DNA of 64,000 nt from NCBI RefSeq assembly GCF_000143415.4, contig NW_003314305.1:88391-152390 (forward strand). The letters are read 5' to 3'. Shown here one piece after another: positions 23,500-35,300 of the stretch. A program made the position numbers and the translations under genes. This DNA comes from Selaginella moellendorffii (lineage: Eukaryota > Plantae > Lycopodiophyta). Under the pieces are notes generated by a model, which made no database searches, had not been told where the DNA came from, and saw nothing but the letters and a program-made list of their open reading frames with translations. Each line of letters starts with the position of its first letter. The stretch's first letter is position 1.

Positions 23500-24433
23500 A
23501 TGGGGAGCTTGTGCTGCTGCCCGGTTCCAGAGAATGTGGAGGAGCTCGTCTCCTACCCCAATGGCACGCTCTACCAGCGCTGTGCTTGTCTCCAAGGCTG
23601 CATGAGATGGCTCCTCTTCTGGGTGAGTGAAACAAGAAAATCTCTCCTCTAAAGCTCTTCCTTTGGATCGAAAAATTCTTCCTTCCTTTTCTTTCTTGTA
23701 GTACGCGTCGATGTTCGAGAGGATTGGGCCGGGCTTGCCATCGACTCATCAGTCGCCTCCATCGGCGTCCGGGTTGGTGGTGTCCACGCCGCGCTCCTCC
23801 GACTCGCTCGACACTTTCAGAGCTCCTCCGCGGCCGCTGCCTTACGACGTGGATGCCAGATACGTGAGGCTGCCGCGCGATGGCTTGGTTTCCAGGAGGG
23901 ACAAGATTGGGATGAGCCACTACAGTAGCGAGAGCGGTGGCGGCGGCGGCGGCGAGGCGCTGGCGCTGCTCCCCCGGCAGAGCTCCGACTCGGCGGCGGC
24001 GGCGGAGCACGCCGAAGACTCGGACTCGATCGACAAGCAGCAGCTCCAGCAGCAGCACTCGTCCAAGCTTCTGACCAAGTCGGAGTCGATGCTGTCGCTC
24101 ATTGACGACGAAGACGCGTGCCCGACTTGTCTCGATGGTATTGCTTGTTTCTTTCCAGCTCTTGCGATCTTCATTCGATCTTTTTCTGTTTCCTTGCAGT
24201 ATATACACCCGAGAATCCCAAGATCAACACCGAGTGTGGCCACCACTATCACCTCGCTTGCATCCTGGAATGGATGGAGAGAAGCAAGCACTGCCCAGTC
24301 TGTGACAAGGTATGTATGGATAGCTCTTCTTCTTTCGGGTCTCTCTCGATCGAATCCATGGGCTATGGAGGAGTGATGAAACTTCTCTTTGCTTGTCCAG
24401 GAGATGGTGTTTCACGAGAGCACGGTGGCGTGA
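23500..24433 (+). CDS. RING-H2 E3 ubiquitin ligase (At3g02290/RHB1A-like)
   Basis: MGSLCCC N-terminus, DTFRAPPRPLPYD, EDACPTCLD|YTPENPKINTECGHHYHLACILEWMERSKHCPVCDK. Confidence 0.92.
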
Positions 24434-24977
24434 CTGGCTGGTTCCTGCGAGGAGGAATTTGTATATAACACTCGATGGAAGAAGAAGAAGAACAAAGAAG
24501 AAGGAAGAACACATTTGTAAGTAGTAGTATACCAGGTGCTGTGCTAGACAAAGAGTGGAGAATGGCGATTCCACCATGTTACAGCGAGCGCATTGCTTGA
24601 GGTGCTTTAATCGAGTCGCCCACCAATGGAAGGAACAATTTAATACAAAGCGTTTTAACTAAACATGCTTTGTTCCTGGCCGTTGGATTGAAATGGGAGT
24701 GATTGATTATGGTTTGCTCGCCAGTGCCCTAGCCCTAGAGCTGTGGGCGCGTATGTGCGGCGTTGGCGATCACCAGGTATGGCGCCATAGGACTCGCTTC
24801 TCCTCCTCTCCACCGGCGCCTTGGTCTGATTGATTGATCCTGGAATGCCTAGAGCTATCTCCCTGCCTGTCTGGGTCCTATCAATCAATCCCTTGTGTCC
24901 CTGGCCTGTGATCGATAGAGGATTGCGAAGCTTTTGATTGGATCGATTGGCAATCCACAGGTGGAATCGAGCCGAGG

Positions 24978-25295
24978 ATGACTGGCAAGGCCAAGCCCAA
25001 GAAGCACACGGCCAAGGAGATCGCGGCCAAGGTGGACGCGGCCACCACCAACAGAGGAGGCGGAAAGGCGGGGCTCGAGGACCGATTGGGGGCGGACAAG
25101 GGCGGCCATGCCAAGTTCGTGTGCCCAATCTGCAAGGCCACCGCGCCGGATGTCAAGAGCATGAAGATCCACCACGACGCCCGCCACGCCAAGCTCCCAT
25201 TCGAGGAGGAGAAGATTGCCAACCAGCACGCCGGGGTGGAGTCGTCCGCCAAGGAGAAAGAGAAGCCGGGCGTGCGAGGGAGCCATAAGAAATGA
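24978..25295 (+). CDS. MBS1: METHYLENE BLUE SENSITIVITY-like small C2H2 zinc-finger protein
   Basis: MTGKAKPKKHTAKEIAAKVDAATTNRGGGKAG..GGHAKFVCPICK..APDVKSMKIHHDARH. Confidence 0.92.
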   Translation: MTGKAKPKKHTAKEIAAKVDAATTNRGGGKAGLEDRLGADKGGHAKFVCPICKATAPDVKSMKIHHDARHAKLPFEEEKIANQHAGVESSAKEKEKPGVRGSHKK

Positions 25296-25500
25296 CGAAG
25301 CATCCATCGCCTGGAGGAAGAGGAGAGAATCGCCCACTAAAATCTGACCATGGATTTACTCTATCATGGGAAGTAACAGCGTAAAAATCCCAAGGGTAAA
25401 GAAGTGCCCTAGTTAGGGTTTGGTTAGGGTTTAGCGAGGGTTTTGGCTTTAGTAAGGGGGGAAGGGTTTAACGAGGGCCTAGGGCTAGAGCTATGCTGAG

Positions 25501-27714
25501 ATGCGCGCGTTCTTCCTGGCGGGCGGGCGCTGGATCGATGCGGCGGTGAGAATCTCCAGCTCCAGCGCGGGCGCTAGGCGGCATTTCGCCGACCGAGGCT
25601 ACCTGAGGAAGGATTACAGCGATCGCAACTACAGGAAGAAGGGGTTTGTGGATCCCGGGAATTTCTCCTACACGGTGCCGCAGGACTCGAGGAAGGTGTG
25701 GAAGCCGCCTCAGTTCGCGGGGGAGCGCTACGAGCATCGTAGCCACGATCGCGAATCCAGGTACTCTTCTTGGAGTGCCAAGGATGACGACGAAGAGAGT
25801 AACTATCCATTCACGGGTAGTAAGCTCGACAAGTATCCCAGCAGCTCCAAGGCCTACGCTGGCTTCGATTCTAGCGAATCGCAGCTGGTGCCGGCAGCAA
25901 ACTCGTCCACTCCTCCAAAGAAGAAGGACGAGGAATCGGAAGACGAAGACAGCGAGCTCGTTGTTCGTGATCGTTTCCAGATAAGAAAGACGCTGTCCGA
26001 CGATGCCGACTCGTCGCTGCAAACGTTCCACAGACCCGACTGCCGACTCTTCGAGATCTCTGGCAACATGGACGAGGACTGGCAGCCGGCGCCCTCCGAC
26101 GAGTGCCTGGTTTTCGAGATGAGAAGCCTGTTCAAGCAAGGGAACGTGGCTACCTGGGAAGCCGAGGACGTTGTTCGCAGCTTTGGTGGTCAGCTTCGGC
26201 CTTTCCACGTCTTTGAGGTGCTCAAGTCGTGCACTCCAAGCGAAGCTGGAATCGCCCTCGCGTTTTTCCGCTGGGCCGGGCTCCAGCCTTTCTTCCAGCA
26301 CGTAAGCGCGACCTACAACATGATGCTCAAGCTCCTCCAAGAAGCCGGCAAGTATCTTGACATGGCCCGGCTTGCCAAAGAGATGGAGAACGACGACATT
26401 CCCAGGACTGTCGAGACTTCCAAGATACTCCTCGTCAGCCTGTTCAAAGGGGGCTACGTTGAGGACGCGCTGGAGGTGTTTTCACAGATGGAGAGGTCCT
26501 CGTCACCTCCGGGTTTCAACGAGTACAAGTATGTGATTGACAGGATGCTACGATCCGAGTGCTACTTGGTGGTGCCGGTGCTGTACAAGGGCCTCATGAC
26601 TGCTGGACACGCTCCAGATTCTTACGTGTACAACGCGGTGATTAGCAGCTTGTGCAACGTCGCAAACATGGACGAGGCCATGAAGGTCTTCTCCAAGATG
26701 AAGGACAAGTCCACCATCGACCTATTCACTTACACCATCCTCATCGACGGCTACATCAAGTGCCACAACGTCACCGGTGCTACCAGGCTCTTTTTGGAGA
26801 TGCTAGAACGAGGATGCTTGCCGGGCGAGGAGATTTTCAATCTCTTGTTCGGACTCCACGCAAAGGCCGGAGAGCTGGACGAAGCCGTGAACTTGTTCCG
26901 GAAGATCGCGGAAAACGGTTGCCAACCGACAGTGAAGTCGTATGGAATGCTGCTGGATACTTTTGCCATGGTGAACAATCTCGAGGGAGCTCACGCGTTT
27001 TACATGGAGCTCATCGGCAAGAACATCTACCCGAGCTCGGTTTCGTGCAACTCTCTCCTCAGCCGGCTGAGCAAAGCTGGGAAAACGACGCTGGCTCTCA
27101 CATTCTTCCGGGAGATGAAGTCGTTCCCGGGAACCAAACCGAATGGGATAACTTACAACATTGCGATCGACCTCTTCGGCAAGACTGCGAAGTTTGCAGA
27201 GGCTTGGGAGGAATTCCTCGACATGAAGCGAAACGGCTGCAGTCCTTCGGTTGTCACTTACAACACTTTGATCGTCAGGCTGGGGCGAGGAGGATACATC
27301 GAGCTGTGCTTCGACCTGTACGAGGAGATGAGGGGTCGCGGGATCACTGCCAACCAGTTCACGTACTGCGGCCTGATCGACGTGCTCACCAGGTACAACC
27401 AAGTGGAGCACGCTCTCGAGTTCCTGGACGAGATGAAGCGCCTCCACTTCCATCCCAGCTTCAATACGCTCCAGCTCGTCATCAAGAGCCTGTGGAAGAC
27501 TGGCGACTTGGCTGCCGCAAAGCAGCTGTGCCAGGACTATCCCGGCGTCTACACTCCGCAGCTGGAGAGCTCTCGAGCACCACCATCGGACACCTCCACG
27601 GCAGTGGCGACTCACAGTGGTGGCTGGCAGCGGAGTGACTACAACAACACCTTCTCGTCACAGATGGAGCTGGATCCCGCAATGCAACTGGATCGATACA
27701 TGGAGCAGTGGTGA
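25501..27714 (+). CDS. P-class PPR protein with long N-terminal extension, probably mitochondrial
   Basis: ALAFFRWAGLQPFFQH..TYN, then ~35-aa P repeats (YNAVISSLC, TYTILIDGY, TYNTLIVRL). Confidence 0.92.
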   Translation: MRAFFLAGGRWIDAAVRISSSSAGARRHFADRGYLRKDYSDRNYRKKGFVDPGNFSYTVPQDSRKVWKPPQFAGERYEHRSHDRESRYSSWSAKDDDEESNYPFTGSKLDKYPSSSKAYAGFDSSESQLVPAANSSTPPKKKDEESEDEDSELVVRDRFQIRKTLSDDADSSLQTFHRPDCRLFEISGNMDEDWQPAPSDECLVFEMRSLFKQGNVATWEAEDVVRSFGGQLRPFHVFEVLKSCTPSEAGIALAFFRWAGLQPFFQHVSATYNMMLKLLQEAGKYLDMARLAKEMENDDIPRTVETSKILLVSLFKGGYVEDALEVFSQMERSSSPPGFNEYKYVIDRMLRSECYLVVPVLYKGLMTAGHAPDSYVYNAVISSLCNVANMDEAMKVFSKMKDKSTIDLFTYTILIDGYIKCHNVTGATRLFLEMLERGCLPGEEIFNLLFGLHAKAGELDEAVNLFRKIAENGCQPTVKSYGMLLDTFAMVNNLEGAHAFYMELIGKNIYPSSVSCNSLLSRLSKAGKTTLALTFFREMKSFPGTKPNGITYNIAIDLFGKTAKFAEAWEEFLDMKRNGCSPSVVTYNTLIVRLGRGGYIELCFDLYEEMRGRGITANQFTYCGLIDVLTRYNQVEHALEFLDEMKRLHFHPSFNTLQLVIKSLWKTGDLAAAKQLCQDYPGVYTPQLESSRAPPSDTSTAVATHSGGWQRSDYNNTFSSQMELDPAMQLDRYMEQW

Positions 27715-27842
27715 TAGCAGGATCGCGTATCCGACTCCTCACGGACAGAGCTCTTCCCAACTCTTCCAAGCTTCATGGGTCTTTGATCAAGCAAGGTATT
27801 TTGTTGTTATCTCTCTCGTTTAACGAGGTAAGCACAGGAAAG

Positions 27843-28462
27843 ATGGCAGTGACGACGAGATGGATGTCAACCATGGCGAGCTTCTACATCGTGATTGTCT
27901 CGTGCGGATCCTTGAACACATTCAGCCTCTTCTCGCAGCACATGAGAGCGTCGCTGGGCTACGACCAAGAGTCCATCAATAGCTTCTCCGGCCTCCTCTA
28001 CAACTTGGGTGGCGCTCCATTCCTCCTGGCTTTCAGCGCAGCGCTCAACTTGGCCGGCTATCTCGTCACCTGGCTGTGCCTCACGCACCGCTTCTTGCAC
28101 TCTCGCCTGTGGGACGTTTGCGTGGGATCTGCGGGCTTTTCCATCACCGCCGGCTACTCGGCTTCGGAAACGGGCGTGTTCGTTGCCATCCTCGGCCTTT
28201 GCGACTTCTTGGGTGGCGTCGCTGCCGGTGCACTGTCCGACAAGCTGCTGGAGAGGTATGCCACACCCAGCCACCTGCAAAACGTTCCCACGGTTGCTAA
28301 AGGCGTAGGAATGTTTGCTCTGTCCGTCAAGCTGAAGGTGGTGACGCCGGAGCACGGTGCTATCGGGTCACCTTCTTGCTCATGGCTCTCGCCTGTTTCA
28401 TGACTTCCATTCTGGTGCTGCGGACTAGAAAGCTGTACAAGGAGATACTCGTGAGGCTAGGA
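27843..28462 (+). pseudogene. internally deleted NFD4/nodulin-like MFS relic
   Basis: N-terminal RWM..ASFYI..FS..MRASLGYDQ joined to middle (VFVAILGLCDFLGGVAAGALSD) and C-terminal (LVLRTRKLY) pieces in ~0.6 kb. Confidence 0.7.
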
Positions 28463-28555
28463 TCATCGGCTGCAAAGATCTAGAAAGCCATTTCGATAAT
28501 TCTTTGAATGAGAAATCTCACGCTTAACTCGATGTTTCTTCCGTTTGCTGCTTGC

Positions 28556-30012
28556 TCACAACTTGGAAGAACCGTCACAGGGGGCACAGCTCGTCCATGC
28601 TGCACTTCAGATAGCCATACTGTCGAAACCACGAAGGAAAAGGCTGTAACTTACCTTGCTTGGAGACACTCTATGATGTTGCCAGTGACAGTACTGCGCC
28701 TGTGACGAGTGAAAGCGTCCTGTGCGGCTCTTCTTACCAGGACAGACCCCGCCAAGGCTCCTAACATGCAGGGATTCCGTGACAGCCTGATCAGACAAAG
28801 AAAAAAAATAGACTCATCAGAGGTTGACGCTTCGCCAAAGGCTGTGCTTACTTTTCCATGTCCGACGACCCTTTGCATTGTCTCGCCCAGGACGTAAAGA
28901 CTGCGACAGTGCCCGAAAGAATGTCTCCTTGACCGCCACAACGCCTAGGCGATCCGTAAAAGTCACACGCTAGCACTGCAAACGAAATCCAGAGCACGAT
29001 TATTCCTTCGGCCGGAACAGCTAGAAATGCAAGCAAGAACCTGAGGTGCCATCGCTCATGTAATCCGTGAAACCTTTCTGCAATATTGTTACTCCTCCCA
29101 GTCTGAAAAGAAGCGGAGGAAACATCGAAGATGAAAAACAGAAGGTCAAACCATACTGGCTGGCCAAGGACTTGAGCTCGTCCGGAATTTTGTCCGTTTG
29201 AACTTCGTGCTCAGCGCCTTTTATCTTCTGAGCAAGCCGTTTGTGCTCGTTAATATTTGGTGTCAGCGTCGCTAGAGCGTAGCCGGAGATCAACTCTGGC
29301 TCGCTTGTCACGAGAAAAAGTCCATCCTGAAAATCTAGCAAAGCTATTCGCGATGAACTTCCAAACAATGACAAGTCGTACCCCGTCCAGCACCATGGGA
29401 ATCTCCTTGGCTCGAGCCTTACGAATAATTTCCGAGACACAGTCCTGGCATGAACGAAGTTAGCCTTGGACACAAAAGTGGTGGATGATACCAAAAGGAG
29501 AGGGTCTCGGCCAAGTCCGGGTCCGATCACGAGGCAGCTAAAACCGCTTATCCATCGATCGATTTCGCGGAGAGTTTTGTTCTTGGTGGCTTGCTGACTT
29601 TCCTGGGATTCATCCGCAAGTTCATGCGATTCCACGAAGATTGGATGGACAATCAGCTCTGGACTGTAGCTTTTGATCACGGTTGCTGCACCATTCGTGC
29701 AAAAAACATGAGAGAGATCTGCGCCCTGTCCAAGAACTTCCATCAAAAAAACAAAGCCAGGAAGAACAAGAAAAAAAAAATGCCGGCTAACCATCTTTAG
29801 CGCCGAGATAGCAGAGAAATACGGCGCTCCAGTGTACTCCCGGCAGCCTCCAATCACTGCAATCTTCCCTGGAAGAGATCCAGAAGTAAAACCAGGAAGA
29901 AGAAAAGAGAGAGAGATCTTTCTTTACCTGCTTGTCCCTTGTGTTTTTTGGGATCCAAGGGCGGAGCAATGGCCCGCATTGCCGCGAGGGCGTGATCCAG
30001 ATTTCCTGCCAT
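28556..30012 (-). CDS. NAXD: ATP-dependent NAD(P)HX dehydratase
   Basis: HKGQAG|[73 protein letters not shown]. Confidence 0.93.
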
Positions 30013-30124
30013 GGCCGCGGCGGGGATGGATTGGATCGCGCGCGCCCTGACGAGAGGAAGACGAGCAAGACGAGGAACGAGGCTGTGTAGCGCCAGAGCA
30101 GCGTGGACAAGTGTCGCCCTAAAA

Positions 30125-30700
30125 TTTGAGCACTTAAGCTCGAATTTAAGTCAACGTCTTTTTTACTTTCGGTCAGAGACCTTTGACCACTTGAGTAAAA
30201 AACCTTTGACTACTTGACTAGCAGGATTCTAAGGTATCAATCGATCCATGGAACCTTGGAGTGGTACAAATCGCTGTCGTTGGTGGCGGTGATAGCATCA
30301 ACAGCAAAGATCAAGCGCTGCTGTATGGTCCTCCATCTGGATGTCCGGATGACAAGAGCCTCCAAGATCAAACAAAACAAGCCTCTCTTCGGAGTGGCAT
30401 TGCAGATTGGAGTAGTGGCAATTGGCCATGGCTACGATTTTGGCTGCTCTAGAGCTGATCTCCTGGTGAAGAATGGGCCAAGCTTCTTGAGCTCCAGGCT
30501 CACGCCGGCCACATCCAGGATACTATTCGAATCCGAAAATATTTTCGTCCCTCCTCCGTTGCATTGCCGCTTATCCGGCGCTTGCTCGCTTCTGACGCGG
30601 CAGCCGATGAATTGTGGGAGCGCAAGAGGTGGATTGCGGTGCTCCCGACATCCCAAGATTCTTGGCTACTTCTGCTCTCACATAATCTCAGCGCTGGCGA
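30125..30700. pseudogene. deleted direct-orientation ghost copy of ~31640-32540 (GNAT-like gene plus hydrolase 5' end)
   Basis: Blocks such as CCTTGGAGTGGTACAAATC, GAGCTCCAGGCTCACGCC and GATGAATTGTGGGAGCGCAAGA recur at 31915-32470. Confidence 0.85.
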
Positions 30701-31204
30701 GACTGGAGAGTCTCCTCCCACACTCCTCCATCGCTTTCGGGAAGCAGCCTTTGTCCAAGGTGGCTTGGAGATTCTAGTGTTGTCTGTTTTCCACCAGGGA
30801 GTGGTCCAGTCGTATATCAGGTGGTATCGCAAATCCGGAGCTGCTGTGCGGAATCTTCTGCCTTCAAAATCGGGCTAGCTAGCGCGTGGTTCTGTCCAGA
30901 AGATGAAAGATACACGTCTTGGCCTAATCGTCTATTGAGTTCCCCATGTAGGCTGGCATTCGTGTTGGTGCATCTGGGCTCTGGCCATCTATTCATATTC
31001 CTAGTTGTCCTCCTTGATGACGAGGTCCACACTCCGAGTTGATGCCGAAACCCTCGGGGTTTCGGTCTCCCGGCCGGCCAGACTTGATATCTTTATTTGT
31101 TAATCAAAATAAAAAAGAGATGTTACGAACATCTTCAGTTACTGTCGCACAGCTTCTGCATAACTCGCCATGTCTTCTGCCATTCAAGGGACTGTGTGAA
31201 AATA

Positions 31205-31606
31205 TCATCCTCCCACCACCACCGAGCAAGCCACGCGATTAAACTGCAGAGTAAACCCTGTTCCCGAAAACACGACCTTATGTTTGCTGCTCAAATCATC
31301 AGCATAGAGTCCGTCCAGAACTGCCACAGCAAAGGGCCTTATCGATTCGAAGTTTTCATTTGGAAGTTCTATCACCTGTGCCTCATCCAATATAATGAGA
31401 GGTATTTCCACCTTGCCTCTCAAAGCCAATAGAGAGCTCTTGGCTTGGTCAATTAAAACTTGGATCTCTGCTTTAGTAAGAGACTTGGCCAGCCAAAGAA
31501 GCATGTTGTCCCAAAGACGTTTTGCCTGCGTCCTAAAGACATCCATTTCTACTCTGGACCCATCGGCTCGTTGTAAATCCCTACATACTACGCAATCAAA
31601 AACCAA
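31205..31606 (-). pseudogene. fragment of a CR (Crinkler-like) P-loop NTPase
   Basis: Walker-B-like LIILDEAQVI, then RPF and VVFSGTGFTL; no Walker A and no start codon. Confidence 0.5.
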
Positions 31607-31608
31607 AC

Positions 31609-32275
31609 TCAGCTGCGAATATTCTGATCCAACCTAGCGCTTAAAAGAGCTTTTGAACTCTGGGTCAAAGGCATTTGACCACCTGAGTGAAACACCTTTG
31701 ACCACTTGACTAGCAGGTGGTGAATGCTTGCATCCATGCGAGTCCCAATCCCTCCCCACACGAGCATGTGTGGCAAATCCCGCAGCGATTCTCCACTAAC
31801 TTCATACACTGCCTCGAATCCAACCCTCTGGTAGTACCTCCGCAGCTGCGTAGCAAGAGAAAGAAGAATGTATTACCATCGATCATCAACCAGAGAGAAG
31901 AGCGCTCAATCTCACCTTGGAGTGGTACAAATCACTGTCGTTGATGGCCAGGAGCTCGGCCCTGGAGCAGCCACAATCGTAGCCATGGCGAATCGCCGCT
32001 GCTCCAATCAGGAGTGCCACACCGAAGAGAGGCTTGTCTTGTTTGATCTTGGAGGCTCTTGTCATCCGGATGGAATCCAGATGGAGAACCATGCCGTCTA
32101 TCCATGGCCTGATCACCCCTCTCGCCTCGCCCAGCAGCGCTTGATCTTTGCTGTTGGATGCTATCACCGTGAAGAATGGGCCGAGCTTCTTGAGCTCCAG
32201 GCTCACGCCCCTTCTCGCGGCCACATCCAGGATACCAGCCATCGCTGGAAGAATCGCCGCTCCACCTCCATTCAT
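31609..32275 (-). CDS. conserved plant protein with GNAT-like C-terminus, 2 exons
   Basis: LGPFF, LHLDSIR, GYDCGCSRAELLAINDSDLYHSK|LRRYYQRVGF..LPHMLVWGGIGTRMDA; the AELLAI..LxRYYxRxGF pattern is GNAT-like. Confidence 0.8.
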
Positions 32276-32318
32276 CACTTCTCCTGCGCAAGAACCCTAA
32301 AATATTTTCATCCCAGCT

Positions 32319-33954
32319 ATGGCGCTCTTCCTCCATTGCATTGCGCTTCCTCGCTTTCAAAATCTCCAGCTCCAAGGCGCCGCGCGCTGGCGTGGCGCTT
32401 GGATCGCCAGGTGCTCCTTGTCGTCCGCCGCGGCAGATCCAGGCGATGAATTGTGGGAGCGCAAGAAGCGATCGAGGAGTATCGCGGGTGTGGATCAGGC
32501 TGTGCTCATGGAGCCATGGCTTCTAGCAGATCCTAGCAGCCGATTCGCGGAGTACAATGGAGTCCAGGTGCACTACAAGATCATCGCCAGGGATGGATCC
32601 CCAGGAAACATCAGGTATTTTCTTCTCGCTACTTGATTTGATGACAATGGGAATAACTATCGATCTAGCTCTCGCGTGGTCGCAGCGCTGGCGAGGCTGG
32701 AGAGTTCCCTGCGATACTCCTCCATGGATTTGGTGCCTCGATTTTTTCGTGGGAGCGTCTGATGCAGCCCTTGGCCAAGGTGTTAGCATCAACCGTGGTG
32801 GCGTTTGATCGGCCAGGCTTTGGACTAACTTCCCGGCCTAGGATTCAACCAAGTGCCGCGAAAGAGAACCCGTATAGTCTGGATTTCTCGGCATCTATCA
32901 CCGCGGCTTTCATTGATTTTCTAGGGGCAGACAAAGTGATATTGGTCGGGTACGTTCTTCTCTCTTTTTTCTTTTCTTTTCTTGCGAGAAGAAAAGTGCT
33001 GATTCCATCTATGCAGGCACTCTGCTGGATGCATTGTCGCTGCCGATACGTACTTTAAAGCTCCAGAGCGAATTGCCGGGATTGTGATGCTAGCTCCTGC
33101 CATAGCTGCGCCTTTCATGGGGAAACTGCGACGACGACAACGACGAGAAACTCGGAAAGAAGAGCATCTGGAACCGAATCCCCTGTCTCGTGCTCGCTTG
33201 CTTGTCAAGCTCGTCACCAGTCTCTTTCTGGGACTGCGTGCTGTTGCTCTCGAGCTTTACTCCAAGCTAAAGCGCTTCACTCAAAGTTTGAAAGAACTGG
33301 TGGCCAACATCTTCGCGGGAGTTTTAGCCGCGGCACTCAGATCAAAGGCTGCTATCTGGATGGTTTACCATTTCAAACTACGATTACATTCATCCTTCTA
33401 ACTCATGTGCTTTCGTTTCGAAACAGATACAGCAGATAATGGATAGATACTCGAGGGAGGCAGTGCGTTTTGCTTGGTACAATCCACAGATGGTTGATAA
33501 CTCTATCATTCAAGGCTACACCAAGGTGAGTCACCAAATGTTTCAGGAAACACTTTAATCATAGGATTGTTTCTATAGCCCTTGGGATGTAGGAACTGGG
33601 ACCAAGCGTTGCTAGAGTACGTTATAGCCATGTTGTCAACCAGAGACAAAAAGGGAAGGAAACTAGCCGAGAAGATTGAAGAAATCTCATGTCCAGGTAC
33701 GTATATTTCTTGTTTAAAACGATCCATGCCGTAATTGGTTTTCTCGCCCGTCAGTTCTGATAGTAACGGGAGACACAGATCGTTTGGTCCCTGCTTGGAA
33801 CGCAGAAAAGCTCGCCAAAGTGTTTCCCAAGTCTACGTTTCACAAGATCAAAGAGTGCGGACACTTGCCTCACGAAGAGACACCCGAAGAAGTTTTACGT
33901 GTCGTAGGAGAGTTCATTTCATCGAGCATTGCAAAAGTAAAATGTGGTGAATAA
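32319..33954 (+). CDS. alpha/beta-hydrolase, probably plastid-targeted
   Basis: LLHGFGAS.FSW, AFDRPGFGLTSRP, ILVG|HSAG nucleophile elbow, GDTDRLVPAWN, ECGHLPHEETP. Confidence 0.9.
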
Positions 33955-34638
33955 GGTCTTTCCTTTGCGTGTTTGTTTCGCCTTTGAGGTACGAGATGGA
34001 CGATGCTGTTGTCCCTCTCCCACTCGCTCTCACACACAAGGTATACTTTTTCTTGCAAGACAGTGATACTTGAAGGACTGTGTTCCAGGTTCTGCGGAGA
34101 GACGCTTGTCTAGTGCGAAATGGTGATTCTAGTTGAGTTACACTGTTCTATGTTGATGCTAGTGATGAGATACAGCTTACCCAGATCACAGTATTGAGCA
34201 AGAACTATTGCGGTAACTCACACAGACTTCATTTTACATTCTTTGTAAAGTTGGGATTTACAAGCAACTCAATTTCGACATTAATATGGTTCCTTCTAAT
34301 GAGATCCAAAAGTATGCTGTTGAAGTTCATATAAATCCCACTCGCTCTGGTTGAACATTTGAGCTGAATGGAAACTTCAGCCGGAAATTGTCTCTGTTAT
34401 CTAGAGTGCACCCGAAATCATCCAGCGTTGTCAGCTTCTTTCCAAAAGCAGTAGTCATGGATAAACCCCGGCTTCCAGTGCTGAGACCAGATTTCCCAAG
34501 AGCTAAAGAACACGCTCTCATGCCCAATCCCTGTGGCAAAGTGGCAAAGTACCTTGTGATTGCATGTCAATCGTTCCAATTCAGCTTGACTTCCACTTTA
34601 TCAACCTCCATAACGCTATTTTCTTGCCAATGTTCTTA

Positions 34639-35300
34639 GCTACTTGATTGGAATTACTATCTATCTAGCTCTCTCGTAATCGCAGCGAGGTTGGAAAGTT
34701 CCTTGCGATGCTCCTCCATGGATTTGGTGCCTCTGTTTTCCTTGCGAGCCCATCCCTGATCCAGCCGGTGGCTTTGCACTAACTTCCCAGTGTTTAAGTT
34801 GCACAGGATCAGGAAAAAATACCCGAAGATGTGTTACGTGTCAGAGGAGAGTTTCTTTCATCGTGCATTGCGAAAGAAAAATCCGGTGAATAAGGTCTTT
34901 CCTTTGCGTGTTTGTTTCGCCTCGGAGGTACGATATGGATGATGCCGTCGTACTCCCTCTCTCTCTCTCTCACTCACAAGGCATGCTTTTTACCTCAGTA
35001 GAGGTGCGGTGAAAGACAGTGATACTTGACAACTTTGAAGGGCTGTGTTCCAGGTCCTGCGGATAGAGGCTTTTCCAGAAGTGCAAGGTGGTGATTCGAT
35101 CCCTGATAGTGCTTGAATTTTTCAAAGAAGCAGTTGATTCCCTTGCTCTCAGTGTTGACATTGTTTTGAGTTGATGCTAGTGACGAGATAGAGCTGACTT
35201 TTCCAGATCACGTTGTCACAGTATTTACCAAGGAGAGGATATGAATGTCGAGGGGCATCTCACGCAGATTTCAGTGTGTGCATTGCACTCTTTTGCAAGG
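34639..35300 (+). pseudogene. deleted ghost copy of hydrolase 32628-34250 including 3' UTR
   Basis: CTCCTCCATGGATTTGGTGCCTC, GGTGAATAAGGTCTTTCCTTTGCGTGTTTGTTTCGCC and other blocks in the same order with large gaps. Confidence 0.85.

Noticed and set aside
25410-25470. TTAGGGTTT repeats as interstitial telomere
   Set aside because: Only a few dispersed units directly before an ATG; better read as telo-boxes.
31609-31809. VWGGIGTR as a Walker A motif for the adjacent NTPase fragment
   Set aside because: It splices in frame as exon 2 of the conserved GNAT-like gene.
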